Shown piece after piece: positions 44,941 through 53,194 of a stretch of 64,000 nucleotides of DNA (position 1 is its first letter; each line of letters begins with the position of its first letter). This DNA comes from a virus (Duplodnaviria > Caudoviricetes): IMG/VR virus record IMGVR_UViG_3300025889_000071, one strand, 5' to 3'. The position numbers and the translations under genes were made by a program. Below the pieces are notes generated by a model. That model was not told where the DNA came from. It made no database searches and worked only from the letters and a program-made list of their open reading frames with translations.

Positions 44941-46931
44941 ATGACCCGACCATCAAAATCCACCGAACTCACTCAAGAAGAGTGGAACGATATGAAAGCA
45001 ATCCGAAATGCTATCAAAGAAAGACCACATTCAGTTCATCCTGATAAGATGGAGGCATTTACAGAGTATTTGATTCGTAGCATGAGGGGAATGGATTGTT
45101 GAAACTGGGCCCTTCAAAGTGTTCTGTTAATGTAAGCACCATTCCAATGTAGCATGATAGATTTAGATAAACTTTCGCACGAAGAAAAGGAAGCCCTTGC
45201 AGAAGATTGTGAGGACTATCTTTTACATCGTAACATTCCTCTCTTTTCGCATTCATATGATAACATCATTTTACATGCGTTAAGAGAGGGTTATCAGATA
45301 AAAAAGTTCGATCGTTTCACGAATAAACCACAATGAACAATAAAAAAACAAACAAATCAAATCGTCAAGAAGAAAAATTTTGGAATCAAATTGAAAAGGA
45401 AGCTTCAAAGTATGAAGTAACCGTTGATTATTATTTGGATGAATTTGTTATTGATAATCAATACTTCATGAAAGATTGACAAGGACTTCATTTTTTATTA
45501 TACTTTTGAGGTAATCTAACCAAATCAATGACAAAGTATTTCTACACTGTTGACCACTTCATTCCCTTTCCCCGTTCTGAATATGGTGGAGTGTGGGTTG
45601 TTGTTGCCGAAAATGATGAAGAATGTTTTGATCTGATCACTGCTGAAGATGAAGGAGCGAACGATGACTATTATGGTCGTCTTCGTGAAAACATCATGAA
45701 GGCACCAACATATGCTCTTGCTGAAGAGTATGATTCTGGTATTGTGGAGCAATTTACGACATGAATCTCAAAGATATTGAATTTGGTCATAAACCACCAA
45801 AAGGATTTCGGTATGAGGTAAGAGATTTCAAACGTAATGTTATTTCTATTTGGTTATGTCATCCAAATGTATACACATACAAATCTGAACCCATAAAAAC
45901 AATCTGGGGATTTTATGATACCAAGAAAAAACAATATCTTGCTCCTAAAGATTGTAAAACTGTAGGTAAAGTTGTAGATTTTGCAGATACAAGAAATTAT
46001 ACTGCGATGCAACTCAATCTAAATCCTCTAGAGAGAGCTTTTTTATGACATATACGCCAAAGGTTAATGATTATGTAAAATGGCATCATGGCGAATTTAT
46101 TGATGAAGGATGGGTTTATTTTCGATGTAGTGATTACATCACAATTGAAGTTGGAACAAAGGATAAACCAGATACATTAGTTGATATTCACAAGAAGACT
46201 CACATTCTTGTTGTATGTCAAAACTGGTATTGGCACGAGTTAGAGTATCTCCACAGTCGTGGGGATATTGGTGTAAGTGAGTATAAATCTCAAGAACATA
46301 GACCCATTGACCCTTAAATCATGTATCAAGTGAATTATCTTAAACCTAAAAAGAAAGGTTTTGCAAATCATTCAGCATCTTTCATCAAAATTGAAGATGC
46401 TATTTTTTGGGAGAAACTCAAAAAGACAGAGGGATGTAAGGATTTTCAAATTCTGGTTAAGTAAAACTGGGCCCTCTAAAGTGTTCCACTATTGTAATCA
46501 ACGATTCACACAAAATGGATTGGTTCGACGACATTCAAATTGAAGAACTTTCTAACTTTGATTATCAAGAAGATCCTCTCGAAGAGGAACTCTTTGAAGA
46601 AAACAATGATGAGAAAGCTTTTCAAGCATTTCTAAAGTCTAACTGGGATTTTTGATCTAAACATTTATAACTTTTCACCTCAACTGTACTCAAAATGAAC
46701 TCTTCTAGCACTCTTTACGAACTCCAAGAACTCAAGAAACTCTGGAGGAATCAATCTTTCTACTTTTCTCAAGAGCAAAAGAAACGTTATGAAGAACTTA
46801 CGAAACTTCGTCATGCTCGTGTCAAAGAATTGTATGAAAATGATATGGTCTTCAAACCTGGAGTAACTAAATAATCTGAATATATGTGGGCAGTCAACGC
46901 TGCAGGGGTGTAATGTTGACGTAAGTCCCAC
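44941..46931 (+). CDS. Cluster of small early-type hypothetical ORFs (e.g. 44941-45102, 45154-45336, 45333-45479, 45528-45764, 45761-46048, 46045-46317)
   Basis: Tightly packed ORFs, several with ATGA overlaps; promoter TTGACA-N17-TATACT at 45476-45504. Confidence 0.65.
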
Positions 46932-46938
46932 TTTATGT

Positions 46939-46946
46939 TATAAATA
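46939..46946 (+). promoter_or_regulatory. T4-type late promoter inside a potential hairpin/pseudoknot
   Basis: TATAAATA between complementary arms 46901-46914 and 46947-46960. Confidence 0.7.
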
Positions 46947-46968
46947 ATGATACCCCTGCAAAAGAATT

Positions 46969-47277
46969 ATGAAAGATGTATTCGCGTCCCTGCAAGAAAT
47001 GGAGTGGGACGACTATATCCCACCCGAAGATATTATCTCCATTCATGATACCGACTTCACAAAACTTCCACGCTGCGAATGGAAGACTAAAAGGTATTGG
47101 TGGAATAATGGAGTTGATGAAACATTGCAAGAAAAATGTCCTCCTGGATGGAAAAGGGGCAGGGCAATGAGTGAAGAGCATAAAAATAAATTTAAATGTC
47201 AACCTGGCAGGCAAAAAGGTATCCCAAAAAATACAAACAGAAAAAGAGACAGTAAAGGGAGAGTTTGTGGCAGTTGA
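46969..47277 (+). CDS. Protein resembling the DNA-binding tail of homing endonucleases (NUMOD3-like), no nuclease domain
   Basis: WWNNGVDE....CPPGWKRGR and MSEEHKNKF motifs. Confidence 0.55.
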   Translation: MKDVFASLQEMEWDDYIPPEDIISIHDTDFTKLPRCEWKTKRYWWNNGVDETLQEKCPPGWKRGRAMSEEHKNKFKCQPGRQKGIPKNTNRKRDSKGRVCGS

Positions 47278-47344
47278 AGAGGTGTCCCTGACCCCTTGAC
47301 TTCTAGCGGCAATAAATATAAGATATGAGTAGTCAAGAACACCA

Positions 47345-47914
47345 ATGAAAACCTTTTCTTCTTTTTTAGCAGAAGTTTATGATCGTGATGTCATGGGTTC
47401 TTCACAAATTCGCAAACAAGGCGAAGGTGGAAGAGTTGGAGCTGATCGTAGAAAGACAGAAGCTGAAAAGCGTCGCACCAAGTTAGGACCAGGAGGAACA
47501 AGAGTTCCTGCTAAATCTTACAAACCAAGAAAAGATATTGGTACGCAAAGACAAGCATCTACAAGATTGCAGCAACCAGAGAAAGAAAGAGGTGCTGCTG
47601 ATGTAAAAGCAAGAGCAGCTGCAGCAGCAAAGGAAGAAAGAAAGAAAGCAGCACAGGCAAGAATTGCTGCAAGAAAAGCAGGCAAACCTGCACCAACAGC
47701 ACAAAAACCAAAATCAAAAGATGCTGAAAAGGAAGGCACTAAATTACTCTCAAAAAAAGGGACTACTCAAAAGAAAACTGGTGAGAAAATTGAAAGAACA
47801 ACTTCACGCCAATACACCAGAGATGAAAAGAAAAGAATGGTAAGAGCTGGCAAGAGATTGCAAAAAGATTTGCAAAAAGGAGTTGATAGACCTGCTTCAC
47901 ATTACCAACCATAA
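47345..47914 (+). CDS. Basic, Lys/Ala/Arg-rich conserved cyanophage hypothetical protein
   Basis: MKTFSSFLAE start; promoter TTGACT-N17-TAAGAT at 47296-47324. Confidence 0.7.
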   Translation: MKTFSSFLAEVYDRDVMGSSQIRKQGEGGRVGADRRKTEAEKRRTKLGPGGTRVPAKSYKPRKDIGTQRQASTRLQQPEKERGAADVKARAAAAAKEERKKAAQARIAARKAGKPAPTAQKPKSKDAEKEGTKLLSKKGTTQKKTGEKIERTTSRQYTRDEKKRMVRAGKRLQKDLQKGVDRPASHYQP

Positions 47915-48022
47915 TCTCACTGGGCCCTTCAAAGTGTCCTTGTAGTGAGTCCATAATCGTCCATAACACCCTTGACACTGACGTTGAGGGTGTTATACTA
48001 TCTTTATCGTAATTCTATTTTG

Positions 48023-49213
48023 ATGGTCACACTTCGTCCTCATCAGCAACGTATTCTTGATCGTATGCTTGCCTATGATAAGGGTCAAATTATTGTGCCT
48101 ACTGGTGGTGGCAAAACTATCTGTATGATTCAAGATGTTGCAGAGAATTGTAAGCACATTGATAACGGAATGACCACGGTTGTGGTTGCTCCTCGTATTC
48201 TTCTTGCAGAACAACTTTGCAGCGAGTTTCTGGAGATTATTGATACAAATTACAATCACATTATGCACGTTCATAGTGGTGAGACACATCACTTCTCTAC
48301 CACTAATCCAGAGAAGATTGCATTGTTTGCTAACACTGCTCGCACAGCTGGTGAGAATGTAATCATCTTCACCACCTATCATTCTCTGGACAGAGTTCGT
48401 CAAGCAGATATTGAAGTTAATAACATTTACTTTGATGAAGCACACAATTCTGTTCAACGAAACTTCTTTCCTTCTACAGAGTTTTTCTCTCATGATGCTG
48501 ATCGTTGCTATTTCTTTACTGCGACTCCGAAACATTCTCTTACGGTGAGCAAACCAGGGATGAATGACCCAGAAGTTTATGGTCAAGTCCTGGTCAATGT
48601 TCCTGCTCCAGAGCTTGTTGATGGTGGATACATTCTCCCTCCCAAAGTTGTTGTAAAGCAACTTGATATGGTTCAGGATAAGTTCAAGATTTGGTCTCGT
48701 GATTGTGACTTTCTGATGCAGACCATTGATGACCAGCAAACTGATAAAGTTCTGGTCTGTGCTCGCACTACCAAACAGATTGTTGGTCTTATCGGTGAGA
48801 GTGATTTTGCACTTGAATGTGCCAAACGTGGCATGTCTTGGATGACAATCACCAGCAAGACTGGTGCTATCATTGACGGTCAGAAAGTGAACCGTGAGGT
48901 ATTTTTTGACACTCTCAATGCTTGGGGTAAAGATTCCAACAAGAAGTTTGTGGTTCTTCATCACTCTATTCTATCTGAAGGTATCAACGTAAATGGTTTA
49001 GAGTCGGTAATTTTCCTCCGCAACATGGACTTTATAGGTATTAGCCAGTCTATTGGACGAGTTATACGTCTAGGAGGCAGCCACAAGACCTTTGGATTGG
49101 TCTGTGTGCCCGTTTATGACTCTGTGGGTATCTCTACCTCCCGCAAGGTTCAGGCAGTCGTTGACACCGTATTTGAGCAAGGTTTGCCAGCAGTTTCGGA
49201 GATCCGCAGATGA
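48023..49213 (+). CDS. SF2 (DEAD/DEAH-like) helicase
   Basis: LRPHQQ, VPTGGGKT, FDEAHNS, FTATPK, LSEGINV, QSIGRVIR; promoter TTGACA-N16-TATACT at 47972. Confidence 0.88.
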   Translation: MVTLRPHQQRILDRMLAYDKGQIIVPTGGGKTICMIQDVAENCKHIDNGMTTVVVAPRILLAEQLCSEFLEIIDTNYNHIMHVHSGETHHFSTTNPEKIALFANTARTAGENVIIFTTYHSLDRVRQADIEVNNIYFDEAHNSVQRNFFPSTEFFSHDADRCYFFTATPKHSLTVSKPGMNDPEVYGQVLVNVPAPELVDGGYILPPKVVVKQLDMVQDKFKIWSRDCDFLMQTIDDQQTDKVLVCARTTKQIVGLIGESDFALECAKRGMSWMTITSKTGAIIDGQKVNREVFFDTLNAWGKDSNKKFVVLHHSILSEGINVNGLESVIFLRNMDFIGISQSIGRVIRLGGSHKTFGLVCVPVYDSVGISTSRKVQAVVDTVFEQGLPAVSEIRR

Positions 49214-49452
49214 GTTATCAACCAACAAATTCTTATATTCTTGAACCACAACAATCCCCACTAGGTTTTATTGTTGGTAACTGGAATGACCCTAATGTTT
49301 ATGCAGCAGTGCCATTGTCTGGTAGTAAAACACAATTAGTTGTTATACATCGCGGGAGACAAATTAAAACATGTCGCAATCGCCAATCAGCAATCAACTT
49401 TATTGAAAAACATAGAAAAGGTAAAAGTGTAGCAAAACTGCCCATTGATTGA
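49210..49452 (+). CDS. Small hypothetical protein
   Basis: ATGA overlap with the helicase stop. Confidence 0.65.
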   Translation: MSYQPTNSYILEPQQSPLGFIVGNWNDPNVYAAVPLSGSKTQLVVIHRGRQIKTCRNRQSAINFIEKHRKGKSVAKLPID

Positions 49453-49481
49453 TAGTGGGCCCTTCAAAGTGTCCTTATAGT

Positions 49482-50381
49482 ATGCAGAACAAACACATCG
49501 AACACCCCGAAGATTTTATTCTCACTGGTGACTTATCTGTTTTGGATTGGTTTTGTGAGGATGACAGTTATGTTTCTCTCAAGATTGATGGTGCTCCCGC
49601 TATTGTTTGGGGTATCAATCCTGCCACCAATCAATTCTTTGTAGGAACCAAATCAGTTTTCAACAAGAAACTAATTAAAATCAATGAAACGCATGATGAC
49701 ATTGATCAGAATCATTCTGGCAATGTTGCTAACATATTACACCATTGTTTTGATTACCTTCCTCGTATCAACGGGATTATTCAAGGTGATTTTATTGGGT
49801 TCGGTGGTAGTGATACTTTTCAGCCCAATACGATTACTTACAAGTTTCCGGAGACGATAACTCAAAACATTATCATTGCTCCACACACTTTTTATACGGC
49901 AGAGCATGATCTTCGAGATGCTATTGCACAACCATTGAAGTTCACTATCACTGACACAATGTATTGTAAGATTGTGCATCCTGATGCGTGGATTCTTGAT
50001 GACATTGATTTGCACAAGTCTGCACGATTTGCACGTCAGATGTCAACTCTGGTTGAATTTGCGACACCAAAGCAACTTCCACTCATCAAGAAAGTTCTCA
50101 ATACCTACTTCAAGATTGGTGCAGAGATTGATGAGGATGAAATTGCATATATTGCACAATGTGATGTCAACCTGATTCGGCTTTGGAAGTTGGTAAGGTC
50201 TATCAAACAGGATATGCTTTACATGTGTCAGAATGATTCTGATATGCAATGTGAAATCAATGATGAAGAAGTTGATCATGAAGGTTATGTTTGCACAAAT
50301 CAGTTTGGTACATACAAACTGGTAGATCGCGAGGTCTTTAGTCGCCAAAATTTTATTAACGATAAAGTATGGGCCCCTTAA
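49482..50381 (+). CDS. Conserved hypothetical protein with a KxDG ligase/nucleotidyltransferase-like motif
   Basis: MQNKHIEHPED...SLKIDGAPAIVWG...FFVGTKSVFN...IIQGDF...HEGYV...YKLVDR..FS. Confidence 0.6.
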   Translation: MQNKHIEHPEDFILTGDLSVLDWFCEDDSYVSLKIDGAPAIVWGINPATNQFFVGTKSVFNKKLIKINETHDDIDQNHSGNVANILHHCFDYLPRINGIIQGDFIGFGGSDTFQPNTITYKFPETITQNIIIAPHTFYTAEHDLRDAIAQPLKFTITDTMYCKIVHPDAWILDDIDLHKSARFARQMSTLVEFATPKQLPLIKKVLNTYFKIGAEIDEDEIAYIAQCDVNLIRLWKLVRSIKQDMLYMCQNDSDMQCEINDEEVDHEGYVCTNQFGTYKLVDREVFSRQNFINDKVWAP

Positions 50382-50410
50382 AGTGTCCTATTGATGAGAA
50401 CGAAATTATC

Positions 50411-50986
50411 ATGAATCTAACTGCAATCGTTGAACTCTATGAGACTGAAGTTGATCAACTTCCCCAGACTCATTTTGAGTTAGGTGGTGGTGCTGCTCGT
50501 TCTGAATCTGGTTTGGTTTATGAGAACCTGATTGAACGTACTTGTAATGAACTGGCTTTAGATGCCCGCAAAAATGATTACAAAAGCACTGAAGTAGTTG
50601 ATGGCACTTGCCTGAAGAATCTTCAAGTTGATAAGCACATCTATCGTAATGGTGTGATGGTAAAAGCAGTAGAATCTAAAACATATTTGGATGCTTGCTA
50701 TCTGAAACGTGCTGTAATGGATTTCATCGAACTGGAGCAATCTCCTGAAGTTCCTGAATGGGTAGAGTACGCAATCTTTGCAGGACAAAATGCTTGTGGT
50801 AAAGATGCTTTTGCATACTATCAAGCATTTTTCAAAAAGATTACTGGCAAAGAAGTAAAGATCTTCTTTGTGAATCCTTCCCGCAAGCGTTCATCTTCTC
50901 GCCCCATCTACAAGGAAGAGTATCGTGAAGATTTTAAGCTTGACTCTGTAGTGTATAATGAGTTTGTGGAATGGTTGAACAAGTGA
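50411..50986 (+). CDS. Putative PD-(D/E)XK (type II restriction-like) endonuclease
   Basis: YENL...QVDKHI...AVESKTYLD catalytic spacing; coupled to the methyltransferase by TGATG overlap. Confidence 0.6.
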   Translation: MNLTAIVELYETEVDQLPQTHFELGGGAARSESGLVYENLIERTCNELALDARKNDYKSTEVVDGTCLKNLQVDKHIYRNGVMVKAVESKTYLDACYLKRAVMDFIELEQSPEVPEWVEYAIFAGQNACGKDAFAYYQAFFKKITGKEVKIFFVNPSRKRSSSRPIYKEEYREDFKLDSVVYNEFVEWLNK

Positions 50987-51723
50987 TGCTGTATAACGAT
51001 GATATGTTCAATGTTCTGGGCAATCTTGAACCCCAGAGCATTGATCTTTTGCTGACAGATTTTCCCTATGGCACACTCAACAAGTCCCGTAATCAATGGG
51101 ATCGTGTGATTGATTATGAAAAGTTCTGGGAGATTGTTGATATTATCTGCAAACCAAATTGTGCTATCATTTCTACAGCAGCACAACCATTTACATCGGT
51201 ATTGATCTCTACAAATTATAGGGATTTTAAGTATTGCTTGGTATGGGAAAAAAGTAAAGCAACTGGATACCTGAATGCTAAAAAGCAACCGATGAGAGCA
51301 CATGAAGATATTGTAGTTTTTTACAAGAAACAACCAATCTACAATCCCCAGATGACAAAAGGTACTCCATATGATAAGGGTAAAGCTGTGAGGGATGCAG
51401 AACAATATGGAAAGCAAACTAAAGCTGTGCATGTCAAAAATGAAGATGGGACAAGATACCCTCGCAGTGTACTATATTTTAAGACAGCAGAAGATGAGGG
51501 TAAATTGCATCCTACACAGAAACCTGTTGCACTCTATGAATATCTGATTCGCACATATTCTAATGAAGGTGATACTGTGCTCGATCCTTGTATGGGTAGT
51601 GGCACCACTGGAATTGCTGCTTTTAATACTAATAGAAACTTTATTGGAATTGAACGTGAAAAGAAATACTTTGATGCTGCACAGGAAAGGTTAAATCTAC
51701 CACTATTGAATGCGATGGCATAA
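50986..51723 (+). CDS. N4-C/N6-A DNA methyltransferase (beta class)
   Basis: IDLLLTDFPY (motif IV variant), HPTQKPVAL, VLDPCMGSGTTG (motif I), FIGIE. Confidence 0.92.
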   Translation: MLYNDDMFNVLGNLEPQSIDLLLTDFPYGTLNKSRNQWDRVIDYEKFWEIVDIICKPNCAIISTAAQPFTSVLISTNYRDFKYCLVWEKSKATGYLNAKKQPMRAHEDIVVFYKKQPIYNPQMTKGTPYDKGKAVRDAEQYGKQTKAVHVKNEDGTRYPRSVLYFKTAEDEGKLHPTQKPVALYEYLIRTYSNEGDTVLDPCMGSGTTGIAAFNTNRNFIGIEREKKYFDAAQERLNLPLLNAMA

Positions 51724-51763
51724 TTGGGCCCCTTAAAGTGTCCTATTGATGTAGGTAAAGATT

Positions 51764-52279
51764 ATGATTTCACTTCCTAACCCAAACAGAACCATGATTG
51801 TTGAATCTACCAATTCTGAAACTTTTTCTGATTTCTGTGCTCAACGTGATGCACAGAATACCATTCAGTTGAATGTCACCAAGTATTGTTTTATGCTTTG
51901 TGATGCACTGCTGAAGAATTTCATTGATTACAGCATCAAGTCTCATCAACGTGCGATTGCTAACTACAACTACACTTATGGTAATGATGATTCAACTCAA
52001 TCAAATTATCATCAGGCATGTATTGAAGACCTGAAGAATGGTCAATGTGGTTATGAGTTCACTGTAGAGTCTGGTCGTAAGTATCACAAAATTATGATGA
52101 GTGCCAATGGTTCTCGTTCCGTTCATGCTTTTGTTGATAGAAAGACTGGCGAAGTTTACAAACCTGCCAGTATCAAAGCTCCTGCCAAAGGTGTTCGTTA
52201 TGACTTGCGATTGATTGAACAACGTGAATGGTTGTTTGAAAATGCAGATTGGGCAGGAGGGTATCTTTATAAGAGGTAA
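51764..52279 (+). CDS. Conserved cyanophage early hypothetical protein
   Basis: GRKYHKI...SVHAFVDRKTGEVYKPAS.KAPAKGVRYDL...ADWAGGYLY. Confidence 0.75.
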   Translation: MISLPNPNRTMIVESTNSETFSDFCAQRDAQNTIQLNVTKYCFMLCDALLKNFIDYSIKSHQRAIANYNYTYGNDDSTQSNYHQACIEDLKNGQCGYEFTVESGRKYHKIMMSANGSRSVHAFVDRKTGEVYKPASIKAPAKGVRYDLRLIEQREWLFENADWAGGYLYKR

Positions 52280-52734
52280 TGTGCTATACTGAACATGTTC
52301 AATTAAGAGGTTATTATGAACGATCAACGTCATTATCATACTGAAAGTGAGCGTAAACAACTTGATGGAGTTGTCACTGATTCTGATATAAATGGGTGGA
52401 ACATTTCTAAATTGAATCGCATGAAAGTTCGTGCAAACAATCTTCCTGATGACTCTCTGATTATTGATGATGAACTACACTAAACAACAACTTGTTGATG
52501 CACTTCAACATGAATATGAGTACATGATTCATGATGATTATGATCCTGATGTTGATATGACTCTGGAAGAACATCTTGAATGGTTACATACACTGACCAT
52601 TCAAGAATTGGTTGAAGAAACATCAACCGATGAAGATTATTATACGCTTGATCAATTCATGTATAATCATTCATGACAAGTAAAGAAAAACTTCTGTTCA
52701 TTTCATCATTCGTTTGGTTTCTACACTGGGGAAC

Positions 52735-53157
52735 ATGTCTAGCATCTACACTTCTGGATACGGTTATTCTAAAAAGCTCTGTGAGAGTGTTACCTCTTGG
52801 TTTTTGAAGAAGTATTATCCACGTCATAAGATTGATGTGGATATTTTACATCGTGGATTGAGACGTGAAAATGTACTGGGGTATTGTGATGTAGTTGGTC
52901 CTTCTTATCGACCAAGACATTTCCTGATTGAACTTCAGACCGATATGTGTAAGGAGTTGTATATAAAAACTCTTTTACATGAATTGACTCATCTTGCACA
53001 ATGGGTAAGAGGTGATCTACGACACCGATATGGAAAATTGTGTTATTCACAAGAACCAGTGGAAATCTATGACTATGAAGATCAACCACATGAAATTGAA
53101 GCACGAGAGGAAGAAGAAAGACTCTACAATCTGTACTGTAATGAAATCTTAACATAG
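52735..53157 (+). CDS. HEXXH zinc metallopeptidase-like protein
   Basis: TLLHELTHLAQW...QPHEIEAR. Confidence 0.7.
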   Translation: MSSIYTSGYGYSKKLCESVTSWFLKKYYPRHKIDVDILHRGLRRENVLGYCDVVGPSYRPRHFLIELQTDMCKELYIKTLLHELTHLAQWVRGDLRHRYGKLCYSQEPVEIYDYEDQPHEIEAREEEERLYNLYCNEILT

Positions 53158-53194
53158 TTGCACTTAAGAATTTCTTCAACTACAATAAAGAAAA

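Noticed and set aside
47993-48964. 323-aa minus-strand ORF
   Set aside because: It is antisense to a well-supported SF2 helicase and is a typical shadow ORF.
1784-50410. Extended starts in the ORF track (1784, 2985, 39498, 47972, 49449, 50369, 50971)
   Set aside because: The upstream codons fall in promoters, repeats or neighbouring genes; downstream ATGs fit the recognised protein N-termini or gene overlaps better.
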